Shown here in pieces: positions 32,001-36,533 of a DNA stretch of 36,533 nucleotides. A program made the translations under genes and the position numbers. A model generated the notes under the pieces. That model saw only the letters and a list, made by a program, of their open reading frames with translations. It was not told the origin of the DNA and searched no databases. The stretch's first letter is position 1; every line of letters starts with the position of its first letter. This DNA comes from a virus, in the UHGV virus genome UHGV-0135234. One strand, 5' to 3'.

Positions 32001-34190
32001 ATGACGGTCTCAACCGAAGTTGACCACAACGAATACACCGGTAACGGCGTTACGACATCATTTCCGTATACCTTCCGTATTTTCAAAAAAACCGACCTGG
32101 TTGTTCAGGTGTCTGACCTGAACGGGAACGTAACAGAATTGGTTCTGGATACCGGTTATAAGGTAACTGGAGCGGGCACTTATAGTGGCGGTGAAGTGGT
32201 TCTCCCGTCGCCGCTTGCTGCTGGCTGGCGAATTACGATAGAGCGTGTGCTTGATGTGGTGCAGGAGACTGATCTTCGCAATCAGGGAAAATTTTTCCCC
32301 GAAGTTCATGAAGATGCATTTGACTACCTGACGATGCTGATCCAGCGATGTTTTGGGTGGTTCAGACGTGCATTGATGAAACCATCTTTGCTTGCAAAAT
32401 ATTACGATGCAAAGCAAAACAAAATTTCTAACCTTGCAGATCCATCATTTGAGCAGGACGCTGTAAATAATCGCTCAATGCGTAATTATGTCGATGCTGC
32501 AATCGCCGGGGTTGTTGGTGGTTTTGGTTGGTTTATACCGTCAGGAAGCGGGGCAAGACAACGAACATTTCAAAGCAAAATGAGGGATATAATTTCTCCT
32601 TGTGATTACGAAGATAATATTTTTATGATTAAGGAGTTGATATCCAAAGGCAAAAATGCCGCTGTTTTTAACTCATATTATACTTTTGTTATTACTGTTG
32701 GCGAATGGGGTGATTTCCCTACACTCAAAGATGCAATCATTGCAGCCCAGTCAATGAGACCTATGTGGGATGGTGGTAATGCTTTCTGCGAAATAAGAAT
32801 TAAGACCGGGCATATTATCAACTATCAAATTGAATTCAGTTCAGGTGTTGATTTGTCTTGGATTAAAATAACATCAGAAGACTCAGTGGTTTTCTCTGAC
32901 ACTCGTTTGTTTACTAAAATCGTTAGAACGTATTACGAATACAAGTATTTATTTTACATTTGCGATGCAGCAAAAAGTCCTGTATTTGCTATTCAGATCG
33001 AAGAAAATAGAGATGATAGCGATGTTTGTGCATTTATTGTAACTCAAAAAGCTGAACTTAATTTCTATCCGTATTCAGGTGCTCGAAAGTTCTACGTTGG
33101 AATTCATGGTAGTTTTGGTGCAAAAATTAGTGCATATCATACCGGATGTGCTCCTGATGAGGAAAGTGTTGCTGCATATATGCCAGAAGGGTATTACGTA
33201 TGTGATTTTTCTTATAGCAGATACTCTTCCCTGCAACTGGTAAATAATGTCAAGGCATCAATGCCTGTAAGCAAGTTTGAACGGTGCACAGAGAGTACGG
33301 TTGCGTCAGTTAATTGTATTTATAATGTTAAAGCAGATTTTCAGGGGTCAAGTGCAAGCTATTGTTATATAGGATGGAATGTAAGAGATGGTTCAAATGT
33401 TAATATACGCGACCATAAAACTATACATTGCTCATATCGTGGATTAACCTGCATTCATACAGCATATGTTGATGCAAGACGACATGACGTTGAAGAAAGT
33501 GATGCAGAAACAAGTGGTAAAGTCCTTGAACCAAATATTGAAAAAGGTTTTTATGGATGTGCACTTGGTGTGCGTATTGATGGTGCGGGTTGCGTTGATG
33601 TTGCTGGTAATGATATGCGCAATTGTGGAACAGCCGTTAATGCAGACACTGGTGCTGTTATTTCAGGAAAGGCTGTAGATATCTCAGGGGCTGAGCTGGG
33701 ATTTGATTGCCATGCAGGAGCATCTGTTAATTTTCCAAGGCTATGGGGTACAGATATAAAAAAATTAATGCACCTCCAAGATGGTGTAAGGTTTAACTCT
33801 AATATTTGTCATGTATTTGGTGCAAATCCCACAAAAGATATTAGATGGATTGATGTAGAGAGATCTGAAGCTTCTTTTATGAATGCAACGCTGGATGCAG
33901 ATTCAGGATTTATTGCCGACTGTGGTAGTAGGATAACCATTGAAGGAAGTAAAGTTAAAAACCAAACAATAAGAAGTTTTTTTGGATCATATGTGGCTAT
34001 AAATAATACTGTTGCTGACAGAACTTATTCAGATATAGCCGATGTTCCGCAGTTGACTATTAGTGGAGGATCTTTTATTTCTGCTACAGGATATTCTAAT
34101 TCTGACTCCAGCCCTCTGAGGTTGAGCACAACACGAAATACACTTGGCGTTGGAGGAGCCATATTTTCAACCAATGGGGAAGTTTCATGA
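32001..34190 (+). CDS. tailspike/tail fiber with T7 gp17-like N-terminal adaptor and AT-rich C-terminal receptor-binding domain
   Basis: 729 aa; N-terminal about 130 aa matches podovirus tail-fibre N-domain pattern; composition becomes AT-rich from about 32450. Confidence 0.8.
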   Translation: MTVSTEVDHNEYTGNGVTTSFPYTFRIFKKTDLVVQVSDLNGNVTELVLDTGYKVTGAGTYSGGEVVLPSPLAAGWRITIERVLDVVQETDLRNQGKFFPEVHEDAFDYLTMLIQRCFGWFRRALMKPSLLAKYYDAKQNKISNLADPSFEQDAVNNRSMRNYVDAAIAGVVGGFGWFIPSGSGARQRTFQSKMRDIISPCDYEDNIFMIKELISKGKNAAVFNSYYTFVITVGEWGDFPTLKDAIIAAQSMRPMWDGGNAFCEIRIKTGHIINYQIEFSSGVDLSWIKITSEDSVVFSDTRLFTKIVRTYYEYKYLFYICDAAKSPVFAIQIEENRDDSDVCAFIVTQKAELNFYPYSGARKFYVGIHGSFGAKISAYHTGCAPDEESVAAYMPEGYYVCDFSYSRYSSLQLVNNVKASMPVSKFERCTESTVASVNCIYNVKADFQGSSASYCYIGWNVRDGSNVNIRDHKTIHCSYRGLTCIHTAYVDARRHDVEESDAETSGKVLEPNIEKGFYGCALGVRIDGAGCVDVAGNDMRNCGTAVNADTGAVISGKAVDISGAELGFDCHAGASVNFPRLWGTDIKKLMHLQDGVRFNSNICHVFGANPTKDIRWIDVERSEASFMNATLDADSGFIADCGSRITIEGSKVKNQTIRSFFGSYVAINNTVADRTYSDIADVPQLTISGGSFISATGYSNSDSSPLRLSTTRNTLGVGGAIFSTNGEVS

Positions 34191-34483
34191 TTAAGAGCAT
34201 TGATGTCACTCCATTTCTTCACTCGCTTTGCGCTTTTGTGGCTCAGGTACTGGTTGGTATTTTTACCGGAAACTGGGCTTACGGTGCGATAGCCGGTTGT
34301 ACGTTCTTCATTGCGCGTGAACACACCCAGGCAGAATATCGCTGGATAGAAAAGTTTGGGAAAGGGAAACGTATCAACATGCCGTGGTGGGGAGGTTTTG
34401 ATCCACGCGTGTGGGATGTGGGAAGTCTGTTGGATTTTGCTGTTCCTGTTGTTTTTTGTTTTTGTGTTTATTTCTCTATTTGA
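34187..34483 (+). CDS. small membrane protein (2 predicted TM segments)
   Basis: 98 aa; ATGA-coupled to tailspike stop; hydrophobic segments near both ends. Confidence 0.45.
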   Translation: MIKSIDVTPFLHSLCAFVAQVLVGIFTGNWAYGAIAGCTFFIAREHTQAEYRWIEKFGKGKRINMPWWGGFDPRVWDVGSLLDFAVPVVFCFCVYFSI

Positions 34484-34685
34484 CTGCTACCGCGCCATTA
34501 AATGGTGCGGTATTCAACCTGCTCTTCACTGTTTGTTTCTTCAGAGTCATGTAAAAGGTGAGCTTTATTCTCGGCATGAAAAACAGGGAATTGACGATGT
34601 TAAAGTAACAAAAAACCATAAATGGTTTATTATGCGTAATGCTTTACTGTTCAGGAGGTTGTTATGCATATAAACGGTGGAAAAC

Positions 34686-35090
34686 ATGTCAGCTCAACTA
34701 ACCAGTGAAACTTTAAATCAGTGGCTTAGCATGAGTTCTCTGGCGGCGGTGATAGCAGGAGTTCCTCCTGAGGTTGCTTTGGGTGCTTTGGCTGGAGCGG
34801 TAATTTTTGTTACCTCTGCAGTAGAGTACCCCATCCGTCGCCGGGTGCTCCTGTCGATGCTCAGCTTTCTTTGCGGCCTTCTCTTTTACAAACCAGCAGC
34901 ATCAATTCTTATCGGCATAGCCAGCCTGATCCCTACCATCACGCAGGACTCTTTTGAAAAAGGGATTGTTTTCTCTGCAGGCGCATTCGTGTCAGCAATT
35001 GTCGCTGTGCGTATTGGTATATGGCTCTATCACCGTTCCGATAATCCACGCGAGTTAATTCCGGGGAGAAAAGACGATGGTAACGCATGA
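34686..35090 (+). CDS. holin-like membrane protein
   Basis: ORF 34677..35090 (GTG); ATG at 34686 with GGTGG SD; 3-4 predicted TM segments. Confidence 0.5.
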   Translation: MSAQLTSETLNQWLSMSSLAAVIAGVPPEVALGALAGAVIFVTSAVEYPIRRRVLLSMLSFLCGLLFYKPAASILIGIASLIPTITQDSFEKGIVFSAGAFVSAIVAVRIGIWLYHRSDNPRELIPGRKDDGNA

Positions 35091-35385
35091 GTTTTTTTTG
35101 CTTATCACCAATGCAGTTATTTGCACTGGCATAGCAATTCGCGTTGTCACATTCCGGCGTAACGGCTCTCAACACCGAAGGTGGGGAGGATGGCTTGCTT
35201 ATTTCCTGATTGTTGCTGCGGCCAGTATTCCTGTTCGTGTCGCCTATGCAATCTGGTTACGTACGCCAATGGCTGTGGATTTATCTGAGGTCATTATCAA
35301 CGCTGTCATGCTAGCTGCGGTTATTAAAACGCGCGGTAACGTCGTTCAAATTTTCAAAGTATCGAGGTCTAAACATGGAGATTAA
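35077..35385 (+). CDS. holin/antiholin-like membrane protein
   Basis: 102 aa, about 3 TM segments; overlaps neighbours; directly precedes endolysin. Confidence 0.5.
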   Translation: MVTHEFFLLITNAVICTGIAIRVVTFRRNGSQHRRWGGWLAYFLIVAAASIPVRVAYAIWLRTPMAVDLSEVIINAVMLAAVIKTRGNVVQIFKVSRSKHGD

Positions 35386-36004
35386 ACAATTCCAGCGAGC
35401 TGCTGGTATCAGCGAGGCACTGGCCGCACGCTGGTTCTCGCATATAACTTCTGCGATGAAAGAGTTTGGTATCAGCAAACCAGAAGATCAGGCTATGTTT
35501 ATTGCTCAGGTCGGGCATGAGTCTGGAGGCTTCACCCGGTTGCAGGAGAATTTCAACTACAGCGTCAGCGGACTGGCTAACTTTGTTCGGGCTGGGCGTC
35601 TCACTCAGGGACAGGCCAACGCATTGGGGCGACGTGCAGGCGAACCACCATTGCCACTTGAGCGCCAGAGAGCGATTGCCAATCTGGTGTACAGCAAACG
35701 CATGGGGAACAATGCCCCTGGTGATGGCTGGAACTACCGTGGGCGCGGGCTTATCCAGGTTACCGGTTTGAATAACTATCGTGACTGTGGAAACGGTCTT
35801 AAGGTTGACCTGCTGGAGAGTCCTGAACTGCTGGCGCAGGACGAATACGCGGCTCGTAGCGCGGCGTGGTTCTTTGCCAGCAAAGGATGCATGAAGTATA
35901 CCGGCGATATTGCACGTGTAACTCTGATTATCAATGGTGGCCGGAACGGCATCGACGACCGGCGCGCGCGATACATCAATGCCAGTAAGGTGCTGGCGGT
36001 ATGA
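35375..36004 (+). CDS. endolysin, glycoside hydrolase family 19 (chitinase-like)
   Basis: 209 aa; motifs [28 protein letters not shown] typical of GH19 phage endolysins. Confidence 0.85.
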   Translation: MEIKQFQRAAGISEALAARWFSHITSAMKEFGISKPEDQAMFIAQVGHESGGFTRLQENFNYSVSGLANFVRAGRLTQGQANALGRRAGEPPLPLERQRAIANLVYSKRMGNNAPGDGWNYRGRGLIQVTGLNNYRDCGNGLKVDLLESPELLAQDEYAARSAAWFFASKGCMKYTGDIARVTLIINGGRNGIDDRRARYINASKVLAV

Positions 36005-36483
36005 TCTTGGCATTCGTAAAAGCATACCGGAAACAGTTGATTATCATGGCGGTGCTTGCTGTTCTGGTCATATCAGGAGTTGTTGCCTGGAGTGTACACG
36101 GCAGTCGTCAGTACGACGCCGGGTATGCGCAGGCGAAAGAAGACCGCAAAACCGAAGATGAGAGAATTCGTCAGCACTACGAACAGGAGAAAGCGATCAA
36201 TGAACGTGAAGCGCAGCAGAGGATCGACCAGGCGCGCAATGATGCTCTTGATGCTGCCGCTCGCGCTGGCAGGTTGCAGCAACAGCTCGTTGCCATCCGT
36301 GAGCAGCTCAGGCAGTATAACGCCATTGTCGGCGCTGGGACGTCAGCCGCAGACACCGGAGTTTTGCTTGCCGACGTGCTCAGTAAATCTCTCGAGAGAA
36401 ACAGACAACTGGCAGAGTATGCTGACCGGGCAGCCGAAGCCGGAAGAGTCTGTGAAAAACAGTACGACACCCTGACCAGATAG
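36001..36483 (+). CDS. Rz: i-spanin (Rz-like)
   Basis: 160 aa; N-terminal TM ([18 protein letters not shown]), coiled-coil periplasmic domain; ATGA-coupled to endolysin. Confidence 0.75.
   Translation: MILAFVKAYRKQLIIMAVLAVLVISGVVAWSVHGSRQYDAGYAQAKEDRKTEDERIRQHYEQEKAINEREAQQRIDQARNDALDAAARAGRLQQQLVAIREQLRQYNAIVGAGTSAADTGVLLADVLSKSLERNRQLAEYADRAAEAGRVCEKQYDTLTR
36200..36475 (+). CDS. Rz1: o-spanin (Rz1-like) embedded in +1 frame of Rz
   Basis: Start ATG 36200 gives lipoprotein signal [26 protein letters not shown] (lipobox LAGC); Pro/Ser-rich mature part; start uncertain (alt ATG 36239). Confidence 0.55.
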   Translation: MNVKRSRGSTRRAMMLLMLPLALAGCSNSSLPSVSSSGSITPLSALGRQPQTPEFCLPTCSVNLSRETDNWQSMLTGQPKPEESVKNSTTP

Positions 36484-36533
36484 CATGGCATTTTTCATGG
36501 TACTGATTTCCGGTGACGGTATATAAAACGGTA

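Noticed and set aside
34356-34673. 105-aa ORF overlapping the 98-aa membrane protein gene
   Set aside because: Overlaps 34187..34483 in another frame and runs through a likely non-coding, palindrome-containing intergenic stretch; no SD at its start.
1-36533. CRISPR array, integrase/att sites, IS elements
   Set aside because: No spaced short direct repeats, no tyrosine/serine recombinase-like ORF and no transposase-like ORF seen; prophage ends appear to lie outside the window.

Overview
This window reads as most of a temperate, mosaic enterobacterial-type prophage; no integrase or att site is visible, so both prophage ends lie outside the window. Layout, left to right: (1) a leftward early operon on the minus strand (small leader gene, RecE-like nuclease, RecT, AlpA-like regulator, orphan N6-adenine methyltransferase); (2) an immunity region with a non-cleavable two-HTH repressor divergent from a Cro-like gene; (3) a lambda-type replication module (O-like initiator with internal iterons, P-like helicase loader); (4) a nin-like accessory block (DUF1064 nuclease-like, Ea22-like, ASCH, Cys-rich protein); (5) packaging genes TerS/TerL; (6) a reverse-oriented island with a Gp49-like gene and a phage tRNA-Arg(UCU); (7) a head and T7-like short-tail virion module (portal, scaffold, capsid, gp11/gp12-like tube proteins, four large internal proteins); (8) an AT-rich cargo island on the minus strand (lipoprotein, small secreted peptide, two-gene module of unknown function, Bro-N antirepressor, LexA-box-controlled small paralog); (9) a tailspike with a T7 gp17-like N-terminal adaptor; (10) a lysis cassette (membrane proteins, GH19 endolysin, Rz with embedded Rz1). 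The most notable features are a 15-bp palindrome TTACC-N5-GGTAA present at 11 intergenic sites including late promoters, a consensus LexA box upstream of a small antirepressor-domain gene, and an unclassified two-gene cargo module under its own operator-bearing promoter. All product calls rest on motif recognition and synteny from memory; no database search was run.
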